Positions 1 to 12,548 of a DNA stretch of 64,000 bases are shown here, piece by piece. The stretch's first letter is position 1; each line of letters starts with the position of its first letter. A program made the translations under genes and the position numbers. The notes beneath the pieces are model-generated. The model saw nothing but the letters and a program-made list of their open reading frames with translations, was not told the DNA's origin and made no database searches. The DNA is from Octopus vulgaris (Eukaryota): the NCBI GenBank assembly GCA_951406725.2, contig OX597836.1, forward strand, positions 12,276,001-12,340,000, read 5' to 3'.

Positions 1-252
1 ACCACTTTAGCAATTAGTTTTCCCAGCGCTTGCTGCATGGCTTTTAATCAAAGATGTAAGAGATCTTTAACTCGGAGCTATAATTGTCGACAGCCCATCC
101 ATCCATCCATCCATCCATCCATCTTTAGCTTAGTGTCATTCATTTATTCAAAGTTTTTCCTCTTTATTTATAGGTACTGAATACCATCTTTTTTCTTACG
201 CCACAGTCATCATCATCATTATCATCGTTGTCATCATCATTACAACAACAAC

Positions 253-440
253 AAAATGCTTTGTAGCGTTCCATCAGTCGTTGTTATGTTCAGAAGAGTT
301 CAAATCTCGCCGAGGTCGACTTTGCCTTTTAACCTTTACGGGGGTTGATAAATTAAGTACCAATTAAACATTGGGGTCAGTGTAATCAACTAGTCCCCCT
401 CCCCCCCAAATTTCAAGCCTTGCACTTTTAGGAGAAGGTT
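253..440 (+). mobile_element. Meta-domain-like tRNA-derived SINE, 5'-degraded
   Basis: B-box-like GAGTTCAAATC followed by gaggtcgactttgcctttt...gataaattaagtacc, the core shared with about 15 other copies in the window; followed by an (ATT)n tail. Confidence 0.8.
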
Positions 441-492
441 CATAATTATTATCATTATCATTATTATTATTATTATCATTATTATTATTATT

Positions 493-657
493 GAGTGAGA
501 GAGCAGTTCATGCCATCAAAGTGACACTGGGGTAAAATATACGAAGCCCAATATACCCATCATGACTACCCGTCTGATAAGGGTACACCAGGCACATGCA
601 TCACAACCATATGTGCGCGATATTGTGATCTCATATCAAGATAAGCAGCACATGACC

Positions 658-659
<2 letters not shown>
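493..659 (-). mobile_element. 5'-truncated copy of the (TAA)n-associated non-coding retroelement
   Basis: Reverse complement matches the 3' ends of 13536-13756 and 24024-24498; (ATT)n on both sides. Confidence 0.85.
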
Positions 660-709
<50 letters not shown>

Positions 710-710
<1 letters not shown>

Positions 711-832
711 AGTTCAAATTCTGCCGAGGTTGACTTTGCTTTTCATCCTTTTGAAGTCAATTAAGTACCAGTTGAGTACTGGGGGCCAATGTTCCTGTGA
801 AATTGTGGGCCTTGTGTCAAAATTTGAAGCCA
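710..832 (+). mobile_element. Meta-domain-like SINE fragment
   Basis: agttcaaattctgccgaggttgactttgcttttcatcc...aagtaccagttgagtactgggg. Confidence 0.8.
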
Positions 833-878
833 TTATTATTGTTGTTGTTGTTGTTGTTATTATTATTATTATTATTAT

Positions 879-912
<34 letters not shown>

Positions 913-1573
913 TGCCATAGTAGTAGTGCAACCACTAGCATTGCCATTCGCGCTTCATCATCTTAATTTGTTCGTATCTCCCACCTCTCCTCTGATTGTT
1001 TCCTTGTACACTTTTGTCTCTTTCTCTTTGTCAGTCTCCCTTGTGATGAAACCTATGTATACACACACAACAACAACAACAACAACATCGCATTTTAAGG
1101 GAGACTTTCCTTTCCCTTCTTCCATAGGAAACCATACTTGTGCTTTGTTATAGAGTAGGTACATGGCACTTGTTGACAGCTTCAACAATGATCTCTTGCT
1201 GTGGAGGCACTTTGAAGCAATCTCTCTCTTTCTGTGCATAATTGCGTGGGTGTGTGCATGCATGTATATATGTCGATGTGTTGTGTGTCCACTTGTGTGT
1301 GCGTGGGTGACTGTGCTTGTGTGTGAAGTGGGAGTCAAGATGCAACAGTGCAATATCTATCTAAACGTTGCATGTTCTCAGCTTTTGTATAAAGGCATTT
1401 CTATGGCTTTAGCATATGCTCATGTGTGTATAGTGCGAGTGTATATAATATATATGTATGTATGTATGCATAAGCGTCAATCAAATGGGAGAGCCTCTTC
1501 CGTATTCTTTCAAAGCAAGCAACAGTATCATGTAACTCAACTTGCTAGAAATAGCAGCCAGAATCTCCTTTAA

Positions 1574-1981
1574 TCCTTTAGCATTTAAACCTGTTATATC
1601 CGGCCAAATTATCCTACATGTTCTATGTTCAAACTGGCCAGATCTGGCCTTTCATACCTGCTCTGCAACATCATTCTAAAAATGAATATTATCAAAATCT
1701 CAAATCACATTATCAAACTTTCAAAGCGACCATGATAATGCTTGATTTTTGTGAAACATTGTGAATTAATAAGTATTTACATTTGACAAAATAATCTGAA
1801 CAATAAACACCCACTACACTCACGGAGTGGTTGGCGTTAGGAAGGGCATCCAGCTGTAGAAACACTGCCAGATCAGACTGGAGCCTTGTGCAGCCCCTGG
1901 CTTCCCAGACCCCAGTCGAACCGTCCAACCCATGCTAGCATGGAAAACGGACGTTAAACGATGATGATGATGAATAATGGG
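1574..1981. mobile_element. Probable TTAA-type (piggyBac-like) MITE interrupted by a family-B SINE tail
   Basis: Begins TTAA|tcctttagcatt (1570-) and ends ggg|TTAA (1982-1985); most of the right end is replaced by the insert at 1806-1972. Confidence 0.45.
1806..1972 (+). mobile_element. Family-B SINE/LINE-tail element ending in (GAT)n
   Basis: ggagtggttggcgttaggaagggcatccagctgtagaaac...catggaaaacggacgttaaacgatgatgat, repeated near 16663, 19095, 42395, 53282 and 56365. Confidence 0.85.
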
Positions 1982-2345
1982 TTAATTCACACATTACCTT
2001 TTTTGGAAAGTAATGGGGAAACACATGGGCCCTGGGCTAAAATGGTCCTGGTTGTTATTATACATTAAACAAAGACCCGATGACCATGGATTAAACACTC
2101 CTGATCGTATTGTATCATCAGTGAGGACTGACCTGGGGTGACCTGGAGTTTATCCTGCAACAACCATACTATTCACATGCAGTTTTGGATATGTGTGTAT
2201 ATGCTCAAATATGTCAACTGCCCCGTGTCTGAGCAATGGCCTCTGTGTATGTGTTTGTGTGTATATACAAGATGTAATAATGAAGTGAAATTAAAGAATG
2301 GTATATTGAAATCATTATGTAAACCCGTGCCAGTGAAAGCATTTT

Positions 2346-2724
2346 GGATAGCTGTGTGGTGAGGGGCTTGCTTCCTAACCACATGATTCCAGGTTCAGTC
2401 CCACTGTGTGGTACCTTGGGTGAGTGTCTTCTAGTATAGACTCAGGCCAACCAAAGCCTTGTTAGTGGACTTGGTTGACGGAAACTGAAAGAAGCCCATC
2501 GTATATATGTGTGTGTTTGTGTGTCTGTGTTTGTCCCCCTAACATCGCTTGGCAACCAATGCTGGTGTGTTTACATCCATGTAACTTAGCGGTTCGGCAA
2601 AAGTGACTGATAGAAATAGAATAAGTACTAGGCTTACAAAGAATAAGTCCTGGGGCCGATGTGCTCGACTAAAGGTGGTGCTCCAGCATAACCACAGTCA
2701 GATGACTGAAACAAGTAAAAGAGT
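2346..2724 (+). mobile_element. Family-A tRNA-derived SINE, near full length
   Basis: A-box-like tagctgtgtgg, B-box ggttcagtcc, internal (TG)n and tail ...gactgaaacaagtaaaagag; many copies in the window. Confidence 0.9.
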
Positions 2725-3398
2725 AGCTCAATCTTGGTAGGAATTGAACTCTCGATTCTGAGAAGGTAAGATGGAAAGAAATGTCTTAGCCAAATGTAAA
2801 TCTTGGCAAGATTTGAAACTAAAATGTAAATGAACAACACAAAGTAGCCATTGTGCGATGCTCTGCCGCTTCTCCTGTCTCCAAACAGAACCAAGCCCTG
2901 TCAATTATTCTATAAAAACAAGCTCCGTTGCTTCAATAGATTGCCAAATTCTCTATGTAAATAAATAAAGAATTTTCAAGAAAGAAGCTGCCAAGATTAC
3001 TTTCAAGTCAACACCACGATCGCCACCACCACCACCACCACCGCCACCACCAACACCGCCACTGCCCACTTCCCAACCTTGTGTCGTGTTGAATAGTTTT
3101 GTTCATTTTTTGCCTTGTTTTTTTAAATTTTTTTTTTTTATCGTTTTCCAAGTTTGTGTTGTACAACTGAAGATCAGCTGGTCTTCAAATCTCCTTGCCT
3201 GTTTCCCCCACCCCACTCTTCACAATTTGTTTTTTTTTTATGTATCTTTCTTTTTTTTTTTTTTTTACTTCTATTCTTTTATGTGTATATACTTGGAAAC
3301 ATGCAATACAGACATTTGTTTAGAGTGCTTGGTCATTTACCAAATTATTTTCCCTCTTTTCCTCTACATTTTCATTGTCATTATCCATGTTGTTGTAC

Positions 3399-3442
<44 letters not shown>

Positions 3443-3444
<2 letters not shown>

Positions 3445-3917
3445 GGCAGCGAGCTGGCAGAAGCATTAGCATGCTGGGCAAAGCGCTTCGCAGCATTACT
3501 TGTTTTGCAAACAACTTGAACATGCAAGCACTACACGTTGAGAGCTCCGCATACCAGAAGCCAGCAAGTGTATGGGGTCATCAGGAGAGAAAGTGTGCCA
3601 TTTCAGGACCTACCTCTCGACAGCATCAATGCACACCAGCCCCTCACTGATATGAGGCCCTGCTTGCTAGATCAGCTGGTTATCAAATAAAGCTCAATAT
3701 TCTTCCAGCCATCGCTCATCGTCTCTTCTTAACCAAATCCAGTGGCTAGCTGTTTCCACCGTAGTTTAGATATCGGTCATGGTGGTATTTACTTTACGAT
3801 GAGTTAGACCTAATGATAACAAGTCGCCTCACACTGTGTCCAATCCACTGGGATCAACTTTGCTGTTCATCATTGGCGGGAGGGGTGCCATAAATTAAGT
3901 ACTAGTGAAAAACTGGG
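3443..3917 (+). mobile_element. Meta-domain-like SINE head (3443-3505) and core (3853-3917) separated by about 350 bp of unrelated sequence
   Basis: aaggcagcgagctggcagaagcattagc head; gatcaactttgctgttcatc...aaattaagtactag core. Confidence 0.6.
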
Positions 3918-3928
3918 ATTATTGTTAT

Positions 3929-4206
3929 TGCCTTTGCACAGCTTCTAACGCTGGAGATGTACTATGGTGTTAGCTGTTCACTACTAGTGAACTAAGGTAA
4001 CACCTCTTATTTTTCAAGTACCTTCCGGAGTATTCGAGCGGTTCCAAGCAGTGCTGTTTTCTGTAAGTGCTCCACCCTTATTGCAACCCCTATTTGTTCC
4101 ATGTACTTCTCAAAATCTTTGCTCACTGTTCCCAGGGCTCCGACAATTATTGTTAGCACTACCACCTTTTTCATCGACCACAACTGCTTAACCTCCCAAG
4201 CTAACC
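3929..4206 (-). pseudogene. 3' end of an R4/Dong-clade (restriction-like endonuclease) non-LTR retrotransposon: ORF C-terminus plus short 3' UTR
   Basis: 4007-4206 reads RLAWEVKQLWSMKKVVVLTIIVGALGTVSKDFEKYMEQIGVAIRVEHLQKTALLGTARILRKVLEK*, the characteristic IGALG...LQK.ALLGTA.ILRKVL end of R4/Dong/Rex6 ORFs; 5'-truncated, with TAA-type repeats on both sides. Confidence 0.85.
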
Positions 4207-4240
4207 TTATCATTATTATTATTATTATTATTATTATTTT

Positions 4241-4452
4241 GGCACAGTGGACAAAATACTCTGCACGCGCTGTTTCTCTCTACATATCGAATACAAATTT
4301 CACTGGGGGGGGGTGACTTTGCTGTTCTTGCATTCGGAATCAATAAAACAAAGTACCAGTCAAACTCTGGAGTTGACTTAGTCCTCCCCCACCACCACCA
4401 CCACGCTCCCCTGATTATTAAAATTGCTGGCTTTGTGCCAAATTTTGAAACC
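4241..4452 (+). mobile_element. Diverged Meta-domain-like SINE
   Basis: gtgactttgctgttcttgcattcggaatcaataaaacaaagtaccagtc...aaattgctggctttgtgccaaattttgaaacc. Confidence 0.65.
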
Positions 4453-5504
4453 ACCACCACCATCATCACTGATGCTGCTAAGGTCCTTTCAGTCACTAGC
4501 ACCACCACTACCACCACAGCCCTAAGTAACCTATTGCACCCTTTCTCTCTCTCTCTCTCCCTCTGTCTCTTCTCCCCTTCGCTTTGTTATTCTCTCTTTT
4601 TCTGAAGCGTCTTCTCTCTCCTTTTCTCTGACATCCACACGCAAACACGCTTGTCTATGCATGCATACAGAGACACACAGACAGAGCACACACACTCACA
4701 CACACATCCATATGTAAAAGAGCTTAAATCCAGCAACGCAGATTCTGCAGCGAAACTTCCCCAACTGTTTGCTGTCAATCACTGGCTCTGAAACATGTAC
4801 AGCTTCTTGACATCGGGAGCTGCAGTTTCCTCCTCTTGATGTGCTGTCATTGTGAAAGGAAATAAGCAAAACCTCATCCGTGCCTATTTAGTTATTAGCA
4901 TCCTACACCGGCAGAGAAGCCTGCCGCCCTACCAGCCAACCCTACCTCACTGCGCTTCTCTTTCGTCACACTCCCTTCTTTCCCCTTCTGCTTCTGATCA
5001 TCGTCAGCATCATGATACTAATGGTGGTTATGATGATGATGATGCTCATGCTGATGTTGATTTTATTGTACATATCTTCGGTCTCTTATTTTATTTAATC
5101 GTTATGTTATACATTTCAGGAATTTCGGAATTCAAATTTTTTTTTTGTTTTTTTTTTGGGGTTTTGTGTTTTATTTTTTTTTCCCTGCAAAGTCCATTCA
5201 TTCCAGCTCGTTCATTCATTTGTCTTATATCTTTTGTCTGTTTTGTCTTTTGTCATTTTGCTAGTCCTTTTCTTTCTTTCTTTTTTTTTCTTTTTTTTTG
5301 GTTTGTTTCTTTTTTGTAATAGTTTTGTCATAAAAGATTTATGTTGCATTTGTTGTTGTTTTGTTGTTTATTTTCTTTTCCTCTTTTATTTTGTGTTTTT
5401 TTGTTTTTGTACTTTTGTTGGTGTCTTGTTGCTTTTTTTGTTGTTGTTTTGCATCGTCTCTGCTTCCTCTTCTTGTCTCTTATTGAAGAGACAGCAAGAG
5501 GAAG

Positions 5505-5793
5505 CACAGAGAGAGAGAGAAAGAGAGTGACAGAAAGCAGAGACAGACAGACAGACAGACAGAACAGGAAGCAGAGAGACAGACAAACAGACAGACAGAT
5601 ATACAGAGAAGACAGCAGAGAGAGAAAAGGAGAGAGACGGAAGGAAGGAAACAGAGAGTGGTGGGGTGAGAGACAGACAAATAGACAGAGACAGAAAAGG
5701 AAGCCGAGAGAGAGAGAGAGAGAGAGACAGACAGAGAGAAGAAAGCAAAGAGAAAAAGTGAGGGGAAACAAGGAGAGAGAAAGAGAGAGAGAC
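5505..5793. repeat. (GA)n/(GACA)n compound microsatellite
   Basis: Direct inspection; a similar tract lies at 34070-34350. Confidence 0.9.
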
Positions 5794-5818
5794 ATGTAAC
5801 AATAAACTAAACAAGCTT

Positions 5819-5978
5819 AAAAAAATTAAGAAAAATAATACAAAAAAATAAACTAAAAAAAAATTAAGAAAAATAATACAAAAAAATAAACTAAAAAAAA
5901 ATTAAGAAAAATAATACAAAAAAAATAAACTCAAAAAAAATTAAGAAAAATAATACAAAAAATAAACTAAAAAAAAAA
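5819..5978. repeat. A-rich minisatellite, ~38-bp unit, 4 copies
   Basis: TTAAGAAAAATAATAC(A)nTAAACT(A)n repeated four times with variable A runs. Confidence 0.9.
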
Positions 5979-6189
5979 CCATAAAGACGTTTATTTACAA
6001 GCTGAGAAAGTGAATTCCCTGCTATTTATTTTGCTTACACGTTGTCTTGAATATTAAACTTGTATCGGAATCAATATGAATAATAATAACAACAATAACA
6101 ATAACGAGAATGGCGACAAATAAGGAGAAGAAAATTAATAATGAAAATATAAGTTAATAAATGAAAGGCAGTTTGAAGTTGGAGGTAGA

Positions 6190-6790
6190 AAAGTGTGTGG
6201 AAGTGTGTATTTGTGTGTGTGTATATATATGTAATACATATGGGTTTATATGTGGGCATAGGCATATTTATGTGTGTGTGTGTGTGTGTATGCATATGTA
6301 TACATGTGTATGTGTGTGTGTATATATGTATATATATTTATTTACTTGAACCCACACAAAATGACCTTATATGTATATATGTATGCATATATATATGTGT
6401 GTGTATGTATGTGTGTGCATGTCTGTATGTATATGTGTATATATTTATGTATATGTGTATATATATATATATGTATGTATGTGTATGCATGTCTGTATGT
6501 ATGTGTATATATGTATGTATATATGTATATATATATGTATATGTGTGTGTATATGTATGTATATATATATATATGTATGTGTATATATATAAGTATGTAT
6601 GTGTTTATATATATGTATGTGTATATATATATGTATATGTGTGTATATATATATATTATGTGTTTATATATATGTATGTGTATATATATATATATTATGT
6701 GTTTATATATATGTATGTGTATATATATATATATTATGTGTTTATATATATGTATGTGTATAAATATGTGTATATATAAGTATGTATATG

Positions 6791-6849
<59 letters not shown>

Positions 6850-6860
6850 GTATATATATA
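6190..6860. repeat. (TA)/(TG) alternating purine-pyrimidine tract with a ~40-bp sub-repeat x3 near 6655-6770
   Basis: Direct inspection. Confidence 0.9.
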
Positions 6861-7441
6861 AATTTCTCTCTAATATTGTTTTGTTGCTATTAAGCTCCAT
6901 AAGAAAATATTTCTAGCCAGAATCCATTTGAAACAGGAGGTCTTGGGTTATTTCCTCCCCACCTGTTTCATTGTTGTTATTTCAAATATTGGATTTTATC
7001 CTATTGTATTTTACACAATTCGTTGTTTAGAAACGTCCTGTTTGTCTTGACAGTTTTTCATCCCCTTCGCCGCTATTTCATCTCCCACACTTCTCACCTC
7101 GTTGGCACGTTTGTATACGTGCAGCATCAGACTGATGGAAACCTTTCACCCACATGCCTTCCTTTGCTTCAGTTTTCGTTGTCATCATCATCGACATCTT
7201 TCTTAGATCCTTGTTTCAATTCTCCACTTGTTGGTAAAACAATTTTTTAAAATTTATTTACTTACTTCTGGAATCGCTAAGATTTGATCTCATGCTCTTG
7301 TATTTCACAGCTAATGTTGTGACTGCATTGAGACAAAATGGTTTTATCATGTCATGAAACAATAAAAGGCAGTGTTGGCCCCTGTGGGAGTTGAGCTCAG
7401 AAGGTAGAATTGGAAGAGCTGCCCTTTTTTGTTTTTGTCCT

Positions 7442-7791
7442 AGGCGTAGGAGTGGTTGTGTGGTAAGTAGCTTGCTTACCAACCACATGGTTCTGGGTTC
7501 AGTCCCACTGTGTGGCACCTTGGGCAAGTGTCTTCTACTATAGCCTCGGGCCGACCAAAGCCTTGTGAGTGTATGTATGTCTATATGTTTGTGTGTCTGT
7601 GTTTGTCCCCCCCAACATCGCTTGACAACCGATGCTGGTGTGTTTACATCCCCATAACTTAGCGGTTTGGCAAGAGAGACCAATAAAATAAGTACTAGGC
7701 TTACAAAGAGTAAGTCCTGGGGTTGATTTGCTCGACTAAAGGCGGTGCTCCAGCATGGCCACAGTCAAATGACTGAAACAAGTAAAAGAGT
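7442..7791 (+). mobile_element. Family-A SINE with an internal deletion
   Basis: aggcgtaggagtggttgtgtggtaag...gactgaaacaagtaaaagag; lacks the gatttggtagacggaaactgaaagaagcc block found in other copies. Confidence 0.9.
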
Positions 7792-7794
7792 ATA

Positions 7795-8010
7795 CCCTTA
7801 ATGTAGTTCTCAAGGAGATTCAGCGTGACACAGAATGTGATAAGGTTGGCCCTTTGAAATACAGGCACTACTCATTTTTACCAACTGAGTGGACTGGAGC
7901 AACATGAAATAAAGTGTCTTGCTCAAGGACACAACAAGTAGCCAGGAATTGAACTCACGACCTTACAATCATGAGCCAAATACTCTAACCACTAAGCCAT
8001 GTGCCTTCAC
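7795..8010 (-). mobile_element. Family-C tRNA-derived SINE
   Basis: Reverse complement gtgaaggcacatggcttagtggttagag...gagttcaattcc...gtgtccttgagcaagacactttatttcatgttgctccagtccactcag, homologous to 32536 and 44189. Confidence 0.85.
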
Positions 8011-8419
8011 AATCACTAATACAGAAGGTATTCAACCAGTAGCTGCATGGCATCTAGTTACACCTCTGTATGTTTTGAGTTGAAGTCCCTCCTCACTAGA
8101 CGTTGGCTTTTGTCTGCCTGAGGTTGATTGAATAAATACCAGCCAACAAATACTTCAGGCAGATGTCTAAAACCTCTAGAAGAATGCATGTCTGTGTGTT
8201 TGTTAAATTACAGAGCTTATTGAACAATTATGTATACATAAAGGTAAGAAGAACATTTCAAAATAGTTAAGAATCTGTTGACTATTTAGATATCTGATCA
8301 AATATTCTCAATAAGTGTAGACAGTTTGGAAAGGTTCTGCTGAATAGTTGGAAAACTATTCAGCACTACTCGACCAAATGGATTTATTATCTCATCAACA
8401 AGAGAGCATATATATAGTT

Positions 8420-8576
8420 TTTCAACCTGCTAGAAATTGCAGGCAACTCCCCTCAAATCATACCCAATTGTCTTTAAAAATGAAAAACAACACATTAGAC
8501 AATGTATGGCTGGAACACCATTGATTGGGATCAGAGCCCTGCTCAATTTGGGTTCATCTCTGGTTAAGCAACAACA
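8420..8576. mobile_element. Old dispersed repeat, family D
   Basis: caacctgctagaaattgcaggcaa...ggctggaa...ggttaagcaacaac; related fragments near 1540, 19690, 25840, 26160, 34690, 37780, 37960 and 49840-49990. Confidence 0.55.
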
Positions 8577-9429
8577 GTATATTTATATTAAAAAAAACCA
8601 CATAAAACAAATATACCCACCCACTTACTACCTAAGGGGTTTGTATTAAAGCTAACACACCCAGGGTCTCCATGATAAATTTATAACTTTGGCAAGGCAG
8701 GGCAAGACTTTTTAATGGGAGGGGGAGTCCCTCATAACTTGGAAAGTGGTACTATGTGGTGATTTATATATAGAGAGAGAGGGGGATTCAAGAAATCTTC
8801 ACAGGGGGTTGCAGGTGAAAGGTTTCTTTCCCCTCTAGTTCCTTCACTCTCTGAACCTAGGTATTAGTTGAATTTCCCTTATCAGGGCTTGAACACACCT
8901 GTGGATGAATAATTTTTTTTTCTGTACCTTTTTTTCCCCGGCTTAACTGCATGTTGTTGTTGTTGTTGTTGCTGCTGCTTTTGTTGTTTTCGAAATTATC
9001 TTTCTCACCTGCTATTTAAGAATAAAACAATATCGCTCCTCCATCTTGCCACGGAAAGCTTTTTTTTTTTTTTTTGAAAAAAAACAAGAAAATGGTGAGA
9101 AAATTGTGGGAGTGGGTTTGGACAGAAAAGACGAAAAAAAAAAAAATGAAAGCAAAGCAAAGCAAAACTGAAATAAAACGGTTGGAAGGAGAGGAGGAAA
9201 TGAAGAAGGTGATGATGATGATGATGGAGATGATGAAGGAGGTGATAATGAAGTGGAAGATGCAGGAAGAAATTTGTGATAAGAAATATGGTAAAAAATT
9301 GTTGAAGTTAGTATCACTGATATGTATAGAGATGGGGCCCCGGATTTAGCCCCCATTTATTTACAAGGCAGTTTTATCAAATGATCAAAAATGTTCAATT
9401 CCAAAATAGTATGCTGTGTGTGTGTGTAT

Positions 9430-10170
9430 GTGTAAATGTGTGTGTGTATGTGTTCATGTACATATGTATTTCTGAGTGTGTGCATACAAGTTTGTGTGTA
9501 TAAATATGTGTGTGTGTGTGTTCATGTGTATAAGTGTGTATGTGTGTGTTCATGTGCATATGTATTTCTGAGTGTGTGCATACATGTATGTGTGTATAAA
9601 TATGTGTGTGTGTGTGTTCATGTGTATAAGTGTGTATGTGTGTGTTCATGTGCATATGTATTTCTGAGTGTGTGCATACAAGTTTGTGTGTATAAATATG
9701 TGTGTGTGTGTGTTCATGTGTATAAGTGTGTATGTGTGTGTTCATGTACATATGTATTTCTGAGTGTGTGCATACATGTATGTGTGTGTAAATGTGTTTG
9801 TGTGTTCATGTCTATGTGTATTTCTGAATGTGTGTCTGTGTGTATAAATGTGTGTGTGTGTGTGTGTGTGCGTATAAATGTGTTTGTGTGTGTTCATGTA
9901 CATATGTATTTCTGAGCATGTGTATACATGTGTGTGTGTGTGTCTGTGCATAAATGTGTGTGTGTGTGTGTATAAATGTGTGTGTGTGTGTGTTCATGAA
10001 TATATGTATTTCTGAGCGTGTGCATACATGTGTGTGTGTGTGTGTGTGCATGTGTATGTTCATGTGCATATAGCTATATGTCTGAGTTTGTGTGTGTACG
10101 TGCATGTGTGTTTATGTACATATGTATTTCTGAGTGTGTGCATACATATGTGTGTGTGTGTGTGTTTCTG
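9430..10170. repeat. 96-bp tandem repeat built on a (TG)n background, decaying rightwards
   Basis: Anchor atgtatttctgagtgtgtgcatac recurs with 96-bp spacing near 9464, 9560, 9656 and 9752, then less regularly. Confidence 0.85.
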
Positions 10171-10289
10171 AGTATGCATGTGTATGCTTGTTTGCTCATA
10201 TGCATGTATGTATGTTTGTGTATGTTTCTGTTCATGTATATTTATGTTAGTGTGTATGTTCATGTATATGTGTGTGTGTTTGTGTGTTC

Positions 10290-10341
<52 letters not shown>

Positions 10342-10659
10342 ATGTATGTTTGTATGTTCATGTATATGTGTCTATTAGTGTATGTATGTGTGTACATATC
10401 TGTGTGTTACTACACGCTTGTGTTGAGGTATACAGATTTGTGTGTGCATCTGTGTGTATATATTGTTGCATAGCAGTGGTGGTGGTGGTGGTAGTAGTAG
10501 TAGTAGTGGTTAGGAATTCCATGATAGTTGTGGGGGTGGTAGTTGTGGCGGTGGTGGTGCTAAGTCAGTTCTTATATGTCATTGCTACTTAGTATTAAAG
10601 AAAATAAGATTCCTGTTGAATATCCTAGTTGAATGAAAGACTTGAATTGTGCATACGTT

Positions 10660-10708
<49 letters not shown>

Positions 10709-11341
10709 GAAAAAATATGTATGTATTAATAAACTACCAAACTGTATATAATATACAATAATTATAATTCAGGATATATATCCGTAGTAGCATATTGAAG
10801 AAATGTCTGTGAGAGAAGATGACTTTACCATTCAGTAGAGTTCCCCTGCAGGCAGAAAACGGAGAAAATTTGTGAAAGAACAAACACTCTGTTGATATTG
10901 CAATGATGTTTAAAAAAAAATAATAATAATAATAATAAAAAATGAATGAATACAAAGAAAAACAGCAAAAATAAATAAAAGGTTTTTTTTTTATTCTTGT
11001 TTTTCTTTTTATTATTATTTTCCTTTTCTTTCTTTCTTTCTTCTCTCCGCGCTATCATTTGTTTATTAACATCCAATGGTGGTTTTATTAAATGGGAATA
11101 TTGTGAAAGGCATTCATCCTTAACTTTTATCATAATTTCATTTTGAGATGTGTTAGTTATCTGGTGTCGGCGGCGTGGCATATGCTGTCGGTTGTGTGTG
11201 TGTAAGGATGTGTGCTATGTATGCGTTTATGTGCGCGTATGTGTGTGTGTGTGTGTGTACATGAATACATACGTAAAGAAACTCGCATGTGTTCATGCAG
11301 ATAGACACACACATATACACAGGCATGTACATACACATGTG

Positions 11342-11379
<38 letters not shown>

Positions 11380-11607
11380 CACACACACATACATACACAC
11401 ACATACACACACATATCTATATATATACATACACACACACATACATACACACACATATCTATACATACACACATATGTATACATATCCACATATATGTAT
11501 ACATATACACATACATATATACAAATATATAGATATATATATATCGACACATTGACACACATGTACATGTATATATTTACATACACATATTAATGTGTGT
11601 ATGTATG

Positions 11608-11645
<38 letters not shown>

Positions 11646-12494
11646 GATATCTATATCTATCTATATATATGTGTGTGTGTATACATAACAATCTATATAT
11701 GTGTGTGTATATATATACATATAAATATAGTATGTGTATACATATAGATCTATATATATGTGTGTGTATACACACACATACAAACATATACACATATGTA
11801 TGTATGTCTGTCTGTCTGTGTATATATATAATTCAAAGATTATAAAAACAAAGAAGAAAAGAAAGAACATAAAAAAAACACAACAAAACAAACAGCTAAA
11901 ATATAAATACAACAACAACAACAGCAGCAACAGAAGTATGTTTGTTTTTCTTGTAGAGCGGAGAGTGTATTAAAGTCAACTGCTTCGTTTCTCACAGATC
12001 ATAAAGCAATTTAGTGGGAGGATTCCAGCGCACTACTAGTGTCTGACGAGCCCAAAAACAAAACAAAGGCTCGATTCAATAGTTTTTAATAAGCCTCTCA
12101 CTTCTTGCTTGCTTGCCGTGTGGGAGACATCAGCCTCGAGTACTGCCGCAACTCAACTGGTTTTTAGTAACCTTTTGAACAAACCGAGGTAGTGTTTTGG
12201 CACTGGAATATGTTTGTAATGGTAAATTAGCCGAAATAATCGCTGCGGTTGCTGTTGCTCGTTCGCTTCTGAAATGTTAACTTTTTTTTTTATTTGCTTG
12301 TTAATTCAACAATGTTAACGTTGATTTTGGAATCTTATATGTGTATATACATGTGTGTGTGTAATGTATAAATATATACATATATGTGTGTATGTGTATG
12401 TATATATTTATATATATATATGTATGTATATACATATCATCAAATTCGTACAACATCCATTTTTTTAATGCTGGCCCAGGTTGAATGATATCTT

Positions 12495-12545
<51 letters not shown>

Positions 12546-12548
<3 letters not shown>

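Noticed and set aside
1148-1240. Short non-repetitive reading frames on both strands (MALVDSFNNDLLLWRHFEAIS / KERDCFKVPPQQEIIVEAVNK)
   Set aside because: No recognisable homology or clear splice boundaries; both run into (TG)n repeats
12043-12075. CTGACGA-GCC...GGC hammerhead-like start
   Set aside because: No GAAA after the stem
12182-12250. miR-96/182/263-like seed TTTGGCACTGG in a weak hairpin
   Set aside because: Only about 9 contiguous base pairs, the putative mature 3' half is unpaired, and the sequence diverges from the family after the seed
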